DNA from: Actinomycetota bacterium | GTDB taxonomy: Bacteria; Actinomycetota; Aquicultoria; Aquicultorales; Aquicultoraceae | DNA length: 64,000 bases | Reading direction: 5' to 3' | Assembly (NCBI GenBank): GCA_018333515.1 | Contig: JAGXSZ010000031.1 | Coordinates: forward strand, 17,654-81,653 | Translations under genes and position numbers: made by a program | Shown here: piece after piece, positions 1 to 9,946 of the stretch | Layout of the letters: every line of letters starts with the position of its first letter | Position numbering within the stretch: the stretch's first letter is position 1 | The notes under the pieces: model-generated | Databases searched by the model: none | Told to the model about the DNA's origin: nothing | The model's input: the letters and a program-made list of their open reading frames with translations, nothing else

Positions 1-8
1 GCGCTAAG

Positions 9-881
9 TTGGCCGCGATTGAGACCAGCCTAAACAACGCCAACGAAAGGCTACGCTGGTACGAAGCCGAGCTGGAGGCGCAACGCAAAATCCTCAATGA
101 GCGTATCGTGGAGATTTACCGGCACGGCAACGTGGAGCCGATTGACGCCCTCGTCAACAAAGCCGGCTTCAAAGATTTGATAACACGCCTCAGCTTCCTG
201 CTTAAAATCAGCGAACACGATGCCGAGCTGCTTCGCGGCATCGAAGAACAGCACGCCAAGGTCGAGGAGACCAAGAGTTCGCTCGATGATTTGTTCGCGC
301 AGCAAAAAGAGTTCACCGTCCAGCTAGAGCAGAGAAAAACAGCGATTGAAGCAAAAATCCGGGAAGAGACAGAGCTGTTGGCGAGTATAGATGCGCAGAC
401 CAGGCAGATAATCGAGAACAAAGAAGCCGAGCGCCGGCGCGAACAAGTCAACGTCGTAAACACGCTCGTGTCGAAGCGGTCTGCCGACGAGATATCGCTT
501 GAGCCCGGCACGATCGCATACGAAGCGCTCCAATATCTCGGCGTACCTTATGTGTGGGGCGGGAAAAACCCGGCAACCGGACTCGACTGCTCGGGACTGG
601 TTCAGGTCGTCTTTGCAAAATTTGGCGTCAATCTCGCCTATTATTCCCGCGCGCAAGCGAAACTCGGCGTCGGGGTGGCCTATGACGACCTCCAATCGGG
701 AGACGTGGTCTTCTTCGGGCGACCCATCCACCATGTCGGTATATACCTTGGCGAAGGCTACTTCATCCACGCACCTAAACGCAACGATTTCGTCAAAATC
801 AGCAAGATGAGCGAACGCCGAGACCATGCGGGCGCGCGTCGCATCTTGAGCAACATTCCCGTCGCGGGCGAAACACCTTAG
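9..881 (+). CDS. Coiled-coil protein with C-terminal NlpC/P60 cell-wall endopeptidase domain (5' end probably off-window)
   Basis: ORF track 9..881. The C-terminus has YVWGG...LDCSGLV...HHVGIY...H, the Cys/His set of NlpC/P60. The N-terminal ~170 aa are heptad-rich (E/Q/K/L). No stop lies between position 1 and the TTG at 9, so the true start is likely upstream of the window. Confidence 0.8.
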   Translation: MAAIETSLNNANERLRWYEAELEAQRKILNERIVEIYRHGNVEPIDALVNKAGFKDLITRLSFLLKISEHDAELLRGIEEQHAKVEETKSSLDDLFAQQKEFTVQLEQRKTAIEAKIREETELLASIDAQTRQIIENKEAERRREQVNVVNTLVSKRSADEISLEPGTIAYEALQYLGVPYVWGGKNPATGLDCSGLVQVVFAKFGVNLAYYSRAQAKLGVGVAYDDLQSGDVVFFGRPIHHVGIYLGEGYFIHAPKRNDFVKISKMSERRDHAGARRILSNIPVAGETP

Positions 882-1050
882 GCCATCGTCGCGACTTAAA
901 CAAATCTTAAAATTGTGGTATTATCTATTCCTGAGAAACGCCGGCAAGTCTAGCGTTTACTTATTTTATTTGGCGAGTGCCTCGATAAAGAATAAAAGGC
1001 TTATCAGAAGGCCTTTAGGGGAATTCATATATCATCGAATGGGAGGATAA

Positions 1051-2493
1051 ATGAAGGAATTGGCCTTTCTCGCCCTCGATGTCGCCAAAGCGTACGGCGC
1101 GACATATGCGGATATTCGGATTATCGAGCGACAGAACGAAGCGATTATTATCAAAAACGGGCGTGTCGAAGAACTCGGGACCTCCACCAACTACGGTTTC
1201 GGCATCCGGGTCATCGCCGATGGAGCCTGGGGATTCGCGGGCAGCTTTTTAGTCGAGCGGGTCGAGATCGAGCGGGTCGCCCGCCTCGCGGTAGCGACCG
1301 CAAAGGCTAGCGCTCTCGTCAAGCATAAGAACGTAACCCTCGCCCCCGCCCCCGTTATAACGGACTCGTTTATATCACCTGTTCAGAAAGACCCGTTTGA
1401 CGTCGCGCTCAAAGACAAACTGGCGCTACTGAGCCAAGCCGAGGAGGTTATCCGGAAAACACCGGGGGTCTCCATCGCCACCGCGTCGATGGAAATGGCG
1501 CGGCAAAAAAAGGTCTTTGCGAGCCTTGAAGGAAGCTATATCGAACAAGAGACGACCGAGTGCGGTGCCGGAATTCACGCGATAGCGATTTCGGGAAAGG
1601 ATATCCAGGAACGTTCTTATCCAAATTCTCATGGCGGAGATTGGGCGACCGCGGGCTATGAGTTCATCGAAAGTCTCGAACTCGGTAAGCACGCCGCGCG
1701 AATCGCTGAGGAAGCGGTCGAACTGCTCACGGCGAAAGAATGCCCGAGCGGCGAAATGACTATTATACTAGATGGGAGCCAGCTCGCGCTCCAGGTCCAT
1801 GAGTCCTGCGGGCATCCGGTAGAGCTGGACCGGGTTCTCGGGATGGAGGCGAGCTTTGCGGGCACGAGCTTTCTGACCCTGGATAAACTCGACAAACTAA
1901 GATACGGCTCGCCCATCGTAAACATCACCGCCGACGCGACGATACCCGGGGCACTCGGCACCTTCGCCTACGATGACGAAGGTATCCCGGCGCAGCGATT
2001 CGATATCGTAAAAAACGGGTTGTTCAAAGGCTATCTGACGTCGCGCGAGACCGCGCCCATCCTCGGGCAGACCAGCAACGGCTGCATGCGCGCGGACGGC
2101 TGGGGCAGACTGCCTCTTATAAGGATGACCAATATAAACTTGCTCCCCGGCGACTCTTCGCTTGCCGAGATGATAGACGGCGTAAAAGACGGGTTGTACC
2201 TTTCGACAAACCGCAGTTGGAGTATTGACGACAAGCGCCTGAATTTTCAATTCGCCGCCGAGATAGGCTGGGAGATAAAGAACGGCAAGCTTGGGGCGGT
2301 AATCAAAAACCCCAACTACACCGGACTTACGCCGGATTTCTGGAACTCGTGCGACGCGATTGCCGGTCGAGACGAATGGCGTATCTGGGGTCTCGCCAAT
2401 TGCGGCAAAGGAGAGCCCCTGCAGGTGTCTCACGTCGCCCACGGGGCCGCTCCGGCAAGATTTCGCAACGTGAGGGTGGGTGTGGGTCGATGA
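1051..2493 (+). CDS. tldD: TldD-type metalloprotease
   Basis: 480 aa with the HESCGHPVELD (HExxxH) motif and TldD/PmbA-family sequence throughout. A GGAGG lies upstream of the ATG. The stop overlaps the next start (ATGA at 2490-2493). Confidence 0.9.
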   Translation: MKELAFLALDVAKAYGATYADIRIIERQNEAIIIKNGRVEELGTSTNYGFGIRVIADGAWGFAGSFLVERVEIERVARLAVATAKASALVKHKNVTLAPAPVITDSFISPVQKDPFDVALKDKLALLSQAEEVIRKTPGVSIATASMEMARQKKVFASLEGSYIEQETTECGAGIHAIAISGKDIQERSYPNSHGGDWATAGYEFIESLELGKHAARIAEEAVELLTAKECPSGEMTIILDGSQLALQVHESCGHPVELDRVLGMEASFAGTSFLTLDKLDKLRYGSPIVNITADATIPGALGTFAYDDEGIPAQRFDIVKNGLFKGYLTSRETAPILGQTSNGCMRADGWGRLPLIRMTNINLLPGDSSLAEMIDGVKDGLYLSTNRSWSIDDKRLNFQFAAEIGWEIKNGKLGAVIKNPNYTGLTPDFWNSCDAIAGRDEWRIWGLANCGKGEPLQVSHVAHGAAPARFRNVRVGVGR

Positions 2494-3827
2494 TAGACGT
2501 AAAGCAAATCGAAGACGTTATGCGCCTCGCTGTGGAACATTCGAACGCGGACCAGCTAGAGGTCTTGGCGAGTGCGCGCGAAACCGCCCTCACCCGTTTT
2601 TCCAACAACCACATTCACCAAAACGTCTCCGAGACGAATATGGGATTGTCGATACGGGCGGCGGTGGGAAAACGTCTCGGGTACGCGTCGACCAACCGTC
2701 TCGACGCCGATTCGGTCAAAGCTATGGTCGACAGAGCCGTCGAGATGGCCGCGCACCGGCCGCCGGACGACCGGTTTATCTCTCTCCCCTCCCCTAAAGA
2801 TACGCTCAAGAGAGACCTCGTCGCCTCGTCGACGGTAGATTGCTCTCCTGAGAGACGGGCCCGACAGGTCGAGAAGCTGATCCGCGTCGCTGAAGACGGA
2901 GACTTGACGGCAGCGGGGGCGTTTTCGACCGGTTACAACATCATCGGAATCGCGAATACGCTCGGGGTGTTGGCGACAACGGTCGTGAGCGACGCGTCGC
3001 TGAAGACGGTCATGATGGCCGAGACGAGTTCCGGCTACGGCAGCGCGATAGCCGTCGATGTCGACGACATCGATGTCGACCAAGTCGCCTCAGAGGCGGC
3101 CGACAAAGCGCGTATGAGCATTGACCCCATAGATATCGAGCCTGGGCACTACACGGTCATACTCGAGCCTGACGCGGTAGCCGACATGGTCTCGTTCATG
3201 GCGTTTGCGGGCTTTGGCGCCCTTTCGCTCCAGGAAGGCCGAAGCTTCATGAAAGAGCGTCTCGGGCAAGAGATCGTCAGCCCCCTGATTTCGATTTGGG
3301 ATGACGCCTTCGACGACCACACTATAGGCCTGCCCTTCGATTTCGAGGGCGTCCCTAAGCAAAAGGTATCCTTCATTGAAAACGGTGTCGCTAAGGGCGT
3401 CTGCTATGATACGTATACGGCGGCAAAAGAAGGGGTGGAGTCGACCGGGCACGGCCTGCCGGCCCCGAATATCCACGGCCCGCTTCCGCTCAACCTCATC
3501 GTCGGCGCCGGGAATTTGTCCTTGAGCGAGATGGTTAGAGGCTCTGAGCGCGCCATACTCGTGACCAGTTTTCACTACACGAACCTTGAGGACCCGATTA
3601 AGACGACGCTTACCGGCATGACTAGAGACGGTACCTTCCTCGTGGAAAACGGCGAAATAAAAACCGGCATTAAGAACCTCCGCTTTACGCAGAGCATCCT
3701 GGGAGCCCTCTCTCAGGTGGAACAAGTATCGGATGAGCGACAGATGAAAGACGCGTTTTTGGGAACGATTTACGTGCCGGCGCTGAAAATTCGGGATTTC
3801 AATTTCACGGGGGCTACGCAATTCTAA
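2490..3827 (+). CDS. pmbA: PmbA/TldE-type partner subunit of TldD
   Basis: Paralogue of the upstream gene lacking HExxxH. I chose the ATG at 2490 (MIDVKQIED...) rather than the ORF-track start at 2349, which would add an Arg-rich 47-aa extension overlapping tldD. Confidence 0.85.
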   Translation: MIDVKQIEDVMRLAVEHSNADQLEVLASARETALTRFSNNHIHQNVSETNMGLSIRAAVGKRLGYASTNRLDADSVKAMVDRAVEMAAHRPPDDRFISLPSPKDTLKRDLVASSTVDCSPERRARQVEKLIRVAEDGDLTAAGAFSTGYNIIGIANTLGVLATTVVSDASLKTVMMAETSSGYGSAIAVDVDDIDVDQVASEAADKARMSIDPIDIEPGHYTVILEPDAVADMVSFMAFAGFGALSLQEGRSFMKERLGQEIVSPLISIWDDAFDDHTIGLPFDFEGVPKQKVSFIENGVAKGVCYDTYTAAKEGVESTGHGLPAPNIHGPLPLNLIVGAGNLSLSEMVRGSERAILVTSFHYTNLEDPIKTTLTGMTRDGTFLVENGEIKTGIKNLRFTQSILGALSQVEQVSDERQMKDAFLGTIYVPALKIRDFNFTGATQF

Positions 3828-3874
3828 ATAACGCGCTAAAAGAAAAAGGCTAAGCCTTACCGATAAGAGAATTA

Positions 3875-4336
3875 TTAGCCGCTTGCCGCCCTGGCCTTCT
3901 GCCGTGAACCGTCTTGGGCGACTTTAAACTTCTTCAAAAGAACGACTTCGGTCCCTTTGCCGGGCTCGGAGTTGATGGAAATGTCGTCCATGAGAAGGTG
4001 CATGAGCGGTATGCCCCGTCCGCCCAAATCCTCCACGCAGGGGAACTCGCGGATATCGGAGGAGGTATCGAAACCGCTCCCATCATCTATTACCCGAACC
4101 ACCATCGAGTCACCGCTACGATTGACTTCAACCACTACACAAGCCGAGTTTGCATGGCGAATCGAGTTGGTCACCGCTTCGACGGTCGCGAGAACTATAT
4201 CGTCGGCAGCTTCATCGCCGATAGCCACAGTCCGTGCGATATTGAGAATAAACTCGCGCGCTCGCGATATATGCCGATAGTTCGCGTCTATCGTCAGTCT
4301 ACCTATATTCTCTGCTTTTTGTTTGGGAACCGCCAT
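3875..4336 (-). CDS. RsbW/SpoIIAB-like anti-sigma factor serine kinase (HATPase_c)
   Basis: About 150 aa with the N-box AVTNSIRHA and G-boxes DDGSGF and GGRGIPLM, as in GHKL anti-sigma kinases. The ATG at 4336 (MAVPKQ) is preceded by AGGG. The ORF track extends to a GTG at 4354. Confidence 0.75.
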   Translation of the reverse strand: MAVPKQKAENIGRLTIDANYRHISRAREFILNIARTVAIGDEAADDIVLATVEAVTNSIRHANSACVVVEVNRSGDSMVVRVIDDGSGFDTSSDIREFPCVEDLGGRGIPLMHLLMDDISINSEPGKGTEVVLLKKFKVAQDGSRQKARAASG

Positions 4337-4863
4337 CTCGACCCTACCCCTCACACTTTTCCATTAGTATCGGCAGGCGTACGGATATGATTAGAAATCT
4401 AACCCTAACGGGCTGGGCTACGAGTCTATGCGTGACCCCTATCAGCCCTCGCACGGCAACGGTTTTTGATAAGAGATGAGGTTTGGGGGTAAAAAAGAAC
4501 CCGGATGAGCAACTGGAGGGGCGCCATTGCACATCCGGGACCTATGTTGTCTTTAGAATAACAAAATCGTCACCAAAAAGCAAGGGGTCTTTGATAAATT
4601 TGGGTAAGTATGTTCATATACTTCCTGTATAACTTAATTATACATATAGTATACGGGGTACCCCTAGTCCATGTATGCTATAGTGGCAGCCGGCCTCCGT
4701 GAAGACGCTCGAAGCAGGTCGGTCTCCTGTCCCCGGCCTCTCCACCGGCAAGATATTCTCCGAAAAAGAGCAGTGACAACCGGCTTGCGCTAATAATTAT
4801 TGCGACTTTTTATCGGGCTAGCTCGAACCGTCTTACCTGCGATTACTACGGCTACACTTAGCC

Positions 4864-4887
4864 GCTGGACGCGCTTTTCCAGTTTTT
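4864..4887 (+). terminator. Weak hairpin plus U5 tract inside the long 4355-5227 gap (possible end of a small RNA or leader)
   Basis: CTGGA(4865-4869), 8-nt loop, TCCAG(4878-4882), followed by TTTTT(4883-4887). The stem is short, so this is tentative. Confidence 0.3.
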
Positions 4888-5227
4888 GGCATGGACAATA
4901 GCGAATCCTTGAGGGAGAATATAACACTTAAGCAGTGATAAGAAGGAGTGATATACAAAATTTTCTTTGAAATTAAAATCAAACGTTTATAGGCCTAGCG
5001 AAATAATGCATCTTTCTTGATGATTTCGGACACGCAGCTACTTAATCCCTGCATTAAACACAACACGAGTTCTCACACCGCATTTTAGCATTGAAGATTT
5101 CTTTATCCCAAGAATACCGATCTGAACCGCTATAGGACATCGGGCAGGCGTGCTCGGCTGTTTCATGGTGTGTCAAGCGTAACATGCGTGTCTTTCGCGG
5201 CCTTCAAGCGTTGTTACTTGGAAGGAA

Positions 5228-6307
5228 GTGCTTTGTTTGGGCGGTAAAAAGACGGTGTTGATCTTGCCGATACTAGTAGTCGTGCTGATATTGTCGGGCG
5301 TGTCCGTGTCCGCGGGCGCGGACGTAGTAGATAAGCAAGAGGAGATAGAGCGAATACGAGAAGAGATGGCAAACAACCGGGCCTCCCTCGAGAAGGCCAA
5401 CTTGTTTTACGAGCAATCGCTGACGGAAGTCAGAGTCGTCGATGACGAAATTCGCAAGAACGAGGCTGAAGTCAATAAGACTAAGGCCAAGATCGAAACC
5501 CTGAGAAAAAACCTCGACAGGCGCGTAACCTATATGTACAAGACGGGACCGTCCAGCTTCCTATCCGTTCTCGTACTCTCCGATGATTTTACGGATTTCC
5601 TCTCCAGGGCAAAATTGTTGTCATACGTTCTTTACCGCGATTTCGATTTGATAAGCACGACTAAGACACTCCGAGCCGGCCTCGACAAGCAGAGCCGGGG
5701 ACTCGCGGCTTCGAGAGCAAAATATGCGAAGCAACTGGCTACTGCCGAATCACTTAGAAAAGAGCTTTACCAGCAGTACTCTATTAGGAACGCGAAGTTG
5801 GCGCAGTTAAACAAAAGGGCTGCCGGAAGCAATGACGGCAAGTTCGCCATGGCTCGCGCCGGCGCTTCTAGAGCCTATGTGTCCCGCGGTCAATCGCGAA
5901 CGGGCTTCGTCTTTCCGGTCACCGGCTCAAACTCCTATGTGGATACTTGGGGCGCGCCGCGCTCGGGAGGCCGCCGGCATAAAGGCACCGATATCATGTC
6001 GTTAAAGGGCACACCGGTAGTCGCGTGCGTCTCGGGAACCATCGGCAGAACGACGCCTTACGACAGGGGTCTCGGCGGGGTTACCATATATCTCGACGGC
6101 GATGACGGAAATACCTACTACTATGCGCACCTCAACGGCATCAGCGCGGGGATCGGTTCGGGAACGAGGGTCGAGGCGGGTCAAGTCATCGGCTCGGTCG
6201 GCAGCACCGGGAACGCGAGCGCGAGCGCCCCCCACCTGCATTTCGAGATTCACAGAGGCGGGGGTTCCGCTGTAAACCCGTATGCGACGCTGCGAAGCGC
6301 CGAATAA
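5228..6307 (+). CDS. Secreted coiled-coil protein with C-terminal M23 (LytM) peptidase domain
   Basis: N-terminal signal/TM segment (LILPILVVVLILSGVSVSAGA) and a ~200-aa coiled coil. M23 motifs are HKGTDI, YYYAHL and PHLHFEIH. GTG start with GGAAGGAA just upstream. Confidence 0.85.
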   Translation: MLCLGGKKTVLILPILVVVLILSGVSVSAGADVVDKQEEIERIREEMANNRASLEKANLFYEQSLTEVRVVDDEIRKNEAEVNKTKAKIETLRKNLDRRVTYMYKTGPSSFLSVLVLSDDFTDFLSRAKLLSYVLYRDFDLISTTKTLRAGLDKQSRGLAASRAKYAKQLATAESLRKELYQQYSIRNAKLAQLNKRAAGSNDGKFAMARAGASRAYVSRGQSRTGFVFPVTGSNSYVDTWGAPRSGGRRHKGTDIMSLKGTPVVACVSGTIGRTTPYDRGLGGVTIYLDGDDGNTYYYAHLNGISAGIGSGTRVEAGQVIGSVGSTGNASASAPHLHFEIHRGGGSAVNPYATLRSAE

Positions 6308-6351
6308 TAGAGACCTCGCACGGACGACATGCGTTTGGCGAAAATATTGGC

Positions 6352-7449
6352 CTAGAGGGCTTCCTCTACAGTGCCGCCGCCGACCACAATATCCCCATCG
6401 TAGAAGACGACGGCTTGACCTGGTGTGATAGCCGATTGCGGCTCGTCGAATTCGACCCTGACCCGGGCGTCGTCGAGGGGAACAAGCGTCGCGGGGACTT
6501 CGGGCGACTTATACCGTATCTTTGCGCACACTCTCATCGGCGATGTCAACTCGGCGATTGAGATAAGATTGATATCATTGGCCACAAGCCCTCTCCCGCC
6601 AAGGTCTTCCTTTGTGCCGACGATTATCGCGGCTTCCTCTTCGCTGATGGAGATGACGTAGAGCGGCTCAGGCCAGGATATCCCCAATCCTCTGCGCTGG
6701 CCGATAGTGTAATGGATTATCCCTTTATGCGCACCCAGAACAGTCCCATCCTTATGGTAAATCGGTCCCGGTTTCTCGGCTCCCGGCGCATACTCGCCGA
6801 CAAAACGCGCGTAGTCGTTGTCGGGCACAAAGCAGATTTCCTGGCTCTCTTCTTTCCGGGCGACGGAGAGGCCGAGCGACTCGGCTTTTTCACGAGTCTC
6901 CTCTTTCGTCAGCGACCCCAGGGGAAAGAGCGTGTGCGCCAACTGCTCCTGTGTTAGCGAATAAAGAACATAGGTCTGGTCTTTCCGTTTGTCTCGCCCT
7001 TTTTTCAGAACGAATCTCCCGGTGCGCTCGTCGAACTCGATTTGCGCATAATGTCCGGTCGCTATAAAATCGGCGCCCACGGCGAATGCTTTATTAAACA
7101 GCGCTTTGAATTTTACGAATTGGTTGCAGCGTATGCAAGGGTTGGGAGTTCTGCCCCGCCGGTATTCGGATACGAAGTCTTCGATGACCGCCTCTTTGAA
7201 GACCTCGCGAAAATCAAAGGTATAATGAGGTATGCCTAGCTTGTGGGCGACGTTCTTGGCATCGTCCGTGTCCGAGAGTGAGCAACAACCCCCAAAGCGC
7301 TCGGCCGCTTCAGCGGTCTTCGCCGACGGCCGGATATTCATCGTGATGCCAATGACCTCATAGCCTGCCTCGACTAGTAAGGCGGCGGCGACAGAGCTGT
7401 CCACACCGCCGCTCATCGCGCAGACTACGCGCTGCTTTGCCTCGACCAT
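6352..7449 (-). CDS. mnmA: tRNA 2-thiouridine(34) synthase
   Basis: 365 aa with the PP-loop CAMSGGVDSS at the N-terminus, the catalytic Cys context (NPCIRCN) and a C-terminal barrel region typical of MnmA/TrmU. Confidence 0.9.
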   Translation of the reverse strand: MVEAKQRVVCAMSGGVDSSVAAALLVEAGYEVIGITMNIRPSAKTAEAAERFGGCCSLSDTDDAKNVAHKLGIPHYTFDFREVFKEAVIEDFVSEYRRGRTPNPCIRCNQFVKFKALFNKAFAVGADFIATGHYAQIEFDERTGRFVLKKGRDKRKDQTYVLYSLTQEQLAHTLFPLGSLTKEETREKAESLGLSVARKEESQEICFVPDNDYARFVGEYAPGAEKPGPIYHKDGTVLGAHKGIIHYTIGQRRGLGISWPEPLYVISISEEEAAIIVGTKEDLGGRGLVANDINLISIAELTSPMRVCAKIRYKSPEVPATLVPLDDARVRVEFDEPQSAITPGQAVVFYDGDIVVGGGTVEEAL

Positions 7450-7465
7450 GCCGCGGCGAACCTCC

Positions 7466-7846
7466 CTAACCTTCCTCAGCGGGATGCTTGGAGCGATAAT
7501 CGGTTATCGCCTCGCGCAGGCCGTCAGCCGCGAGTACCGAACAATGCATCTTCTGTGGGGGCAGGCCGTCGAGCGCATCCGCGATATCCTGTCTCGATAT
7601 CTTCTCGGCATCCCCGAGCGACATTCCTTGGGCAAGTTCGGTGACCATGCTGCTGGTCGCGATTGCCGCACCGCAGCCGAGCGTCTTAAACTTAATGTCA
7701 TCTATTTTGTCATCCTTGACTTTGATGGTGATACGCATCATATCCCCACAGGTCGGATTGCCGACCTCGCCGACGCCGTCCGGGTTCTCGACCTCGCCGA
7801 CATTTCGAGGATTCCTGAAATGCTCCATTACTTTCTCGGTGTACAT
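7466..7846 (-). CDS. iscU: NifU-N/IscU-type Fe-S cluster scaffold
   Basis: 126 aa with HFRNPRN, GNPTCGD, LGCGAAIA and MHCS, the three scaffold cysteines. Confidence 0.9.
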   Translation of the reverse strand: MYTEKVMEHFRNPRNVGEVENPDGVGEVGNPTCGDMMRITIKVKDDKIDDIKFKTLGCGAAIATSSMVTELAQGMSLGDAEKISRQDIADALDGLPPQKMHCSVLAADGLREAITDYRSKHPAEEG

Positions 7847-7925
7847 CTTCTATCCTTTCCCTCCATAATATTTTTAACGCAACTAGCCTGCCAATCAACC
7901 GTCAAGCAGCCCGATAAGTACTTTC

Positions 7926-9104
7926 CTAACACTTCTTACCCCAGGATGCGTCGAGCGGCGACATGGCGCGCAGCTTGGTTATGATAGGCGGCAAGACCTC
8001 CAAGACGTAATCTATCTCGGCTTTGGTCGTCGTGCCGCCGAACGTCAGCCTGAGCGAGCTATGCGCCACCTCCGGCGGTACACCGATGGCCAGGAGGACG
8101 TGCGATGGGTCGAGAGTGCCAGAGGTACACGCTGAGCCGCTCGAACAGCTGATATTCTCCATATCGAGACTTAACAGAATCGCCTCGCCCTCCGCCCCGT
8201 TCAAACATACGCTCACGTTGTTCGGCAAGCGCTTTTCCGGATGGCCGTTGACCCGGACATCTTCGACCCGCTCGACGATGCCGGCGATGAGATAATCGCG
8301 TAATTCGATGAGGCGCTTAGCCTCGGCGTCCATCTCTTCTTCGGCCAGCTCGACCGCCTTGGCGAAGCCTACGATGCCGGCGACATTGTGCGTCCCGCCG
8401 CGGCGGTTGTGCTCCTGGCCGCCGCCGTGCATTATCGGTACCATCTTCGTCCCCTTGCGGACATAGAGCGCGCCGACGCCTTTCGGGCCATACAGCTTAT
8501 GCGCGGAGATCGAGAGTAAATCGACGCCGAGCACATCGACCTTGGTCGGGATGTGGCCGAAGGTCTGCACCGCGTCGGTATGGAACAATACCTTTTTGTC
8601 GCGGGTCACCTTCGATATCTCCCCTATCGGCTCGATTGTGCCGATTTCGTTATTCGCGTGCATGACCGAGACGAGCACCGTCTTATCGGTTATCGCTTTT
8701 GCGACGTCGGCCGCTTCGACCAGACCATACTCATCGACCGGCAGGTACGTGACATCGAAACCGCGTTTCTCGAGATAGTGGCATGGCGCCAACACCGCAT
8801 GGTGCTCGATTGGGGTGGTTATTATATGATTACCCTTTTTTTCATTCGCGTAGACCGTCCCCTTGACGGCAAAATTGTCGGCCTCGGTCCCGCCGCTCGT
8901 AAAGATTATCTCCCTCGGGTCGGCTCCGAGAAACGCCGCGATGCGCTCGCGGGCTTCCTCGATGACGCCCCTGTTCCTTCGCCCTAACGTATAGAGCGAA
9001 GACGGGTTGCCGAACTCATCGGTCAAATACGGCATCATCGCGTCGAGAACCTCTCGTCTCATCGGCGTCGTAGCCGCGTAATCCATATAAATCGATTTTT
9101 CCAA
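7926..9104 (-). CDS. iscS: Cysteine desulfurase (NifS/IscS class)
   Basis: 392 aa. It has DYAATTP, the PLP-lysine context SAHKLYGPKG and the active-site loop SSGSACTSG. TTG start 8 nt after GGAGG. Confidence 0.9.
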   Translation of the reverse strand: MEKSIYMDYAATTPMRREVLDAMMPYLTDEFGNPSSLYTLGRRNRGVIEEARERIAAFLGADPREIIFTSGGTEADNFAVKGTVYANEKKGNHIITTPIEHHAVLAPCHYLEKRGFDVTYLPVDEYGLVEAADVAKAITDKTVLVSVMHANNEIGTIEPIGEISKVTRDKKVLFHTDAVQTFGHIPTKVDVLGVDLLSISAHKLYGPKGVGALYVRKGTKMVPIMHGGGQEHNRRGGTHNVAGIVGFAKAVELAEEEMDAEAKRLIELRDYLIAGIVERVEDVRVNGHPEKRLPNNVSVCLNGAEGEAILLSLDMENISCSSGSACTSGTLDPSHVLLAIGVPPEVAHSSLRLTFGGTTTKAEIDYVLEVLPPIITKLRAMSPLDASWGKKC

Positions 9105-9187
9105 GTCTGCTGCCTCCTCGTTGATAAAACCTAGAAATTCTCGCCCGCTCGACGCGCGCCGTTAATCCTAGCGGCAGAGGGTGCGCC

Positions 9188-9919
9188 TTATCCTTCTTTT
9201 TGCGTCGCGCCTAAGTCGATGCCGCACGATGTCTCCCCCTGCTCACCGGGGACTACCCGCAACTCCGACGGCTGCTCCCCCTTCGACAGGGCTTCTATCT
9301 TTTGTTCAAGCTCGCGTATCTTATCCCCCAGGCATTTGATGGCCTGGGCTTCCGGGTCGGGCAGATGCCCGTGCTCGAGGACTTCTTCGGCGCTCAAGTG
9401 CTTCCCATGGCTCATAACGACGCGCCCCGGTATGCCGACTACGGTGGTGTTTGCCGGCACCGAGCGCACCACGACCGAGCCGGCTCCGACTTTTACGTCG
9501 TCGCCGACGGTGATGGCGCCAAGGACCTTAGCGCCCGCGCCGACGACAACCCGGTCGCCGATTGTGGGGTGGCGTTTTCCTTTTTCTTTGCCGGTACCTC
9601 CGAGAGTCGAGTTCTGGTACAAGAGGACATCATCGCCGATTTCGGCGGTCTCTCCTATCACTACGCCCATGCCGTGGTCGATAAAGAAGCGCCTCCCGAT
9701 TTGCGCTCCCGGATGGATTTCGATTCCGGTTAGAAATCTGTTAAATTGAGATATGATGCGCGGTATGAGCGGCACGCGCCTTTCGTAAAGCAAGTGCGCG
9801 AATCGATGCATTAAGATAGCGTGAAACCCCGGGTAGCAGAAGACTACCTCCAGCACGCTCTTTGCCGCCGGGTCTTTTTCAAATATCGTTTTTATCTCTT
9901 CCCTTAGCGCCTTAAACAC
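9188..9919 (-). CDS. cysE: Serine O-acetyltransferase
   Basis: N-terminal SATase helical region (DPAAKS...FCYPGFHA) followed by hexapeptide repeats ([28 protein letters not shown]). A ~60-aa C-terminal extension contains a short coiled segment. Confidence 0.85.
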   Translation of the reverse strand: MFKALREEIKTIFEKDPAAKSVLEVVFCYPGFHAILMHRFAHLLYERRVPLIPRIISQFNRFLTGIEIHPGAQIGRRFFIDHGMGVVIGETAEIGDDVLLYQNSTLGGTGKEKGKRHPTIGDRVVVGAGAKVLGAITVGDDVKVGAGSVVVRSVPANTTVVGIPGRVVMSHGKHLSAEEVLEHGHLPDPEAQAIKCLGDKIRELEQKIEALSKGEQPSELRVVPGEQGETSCGIDLGATQKEG

Positions 9920-9946
9920 CTAAAGCACCCCTTACGCGTTAGCGGA

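Noticed and set aside
2349-2489. Upstream extension of the pmbA ORF (track start 2349)
   Set aside because: It would overlap tldD by 145 nt and adds an Arg-rich non-homologous 47 aa. The ATG at 2490 gives an ATGA stop/start overlap and a normal PmbA N-terminus.
4400-5227. tmRNA, SRP RNA or RNase P RNA in the long gap (prompted by GGGG.ACCCC, UCCACCGG and GAAGCAGGUCGG strings and a possible ANNY... mini-ORF)
   Set aside because: There is no tRNA-like T-arm (GGUUCGAnUCC) or ...CCACCA 3' end for tmRNA. The mini-ORF does not end in a typical (A/L)AA tag. The SRP domain IV motif (GGAAGCAGC context) and RNase P signatures (GAGGAAAGUCC) are absent.
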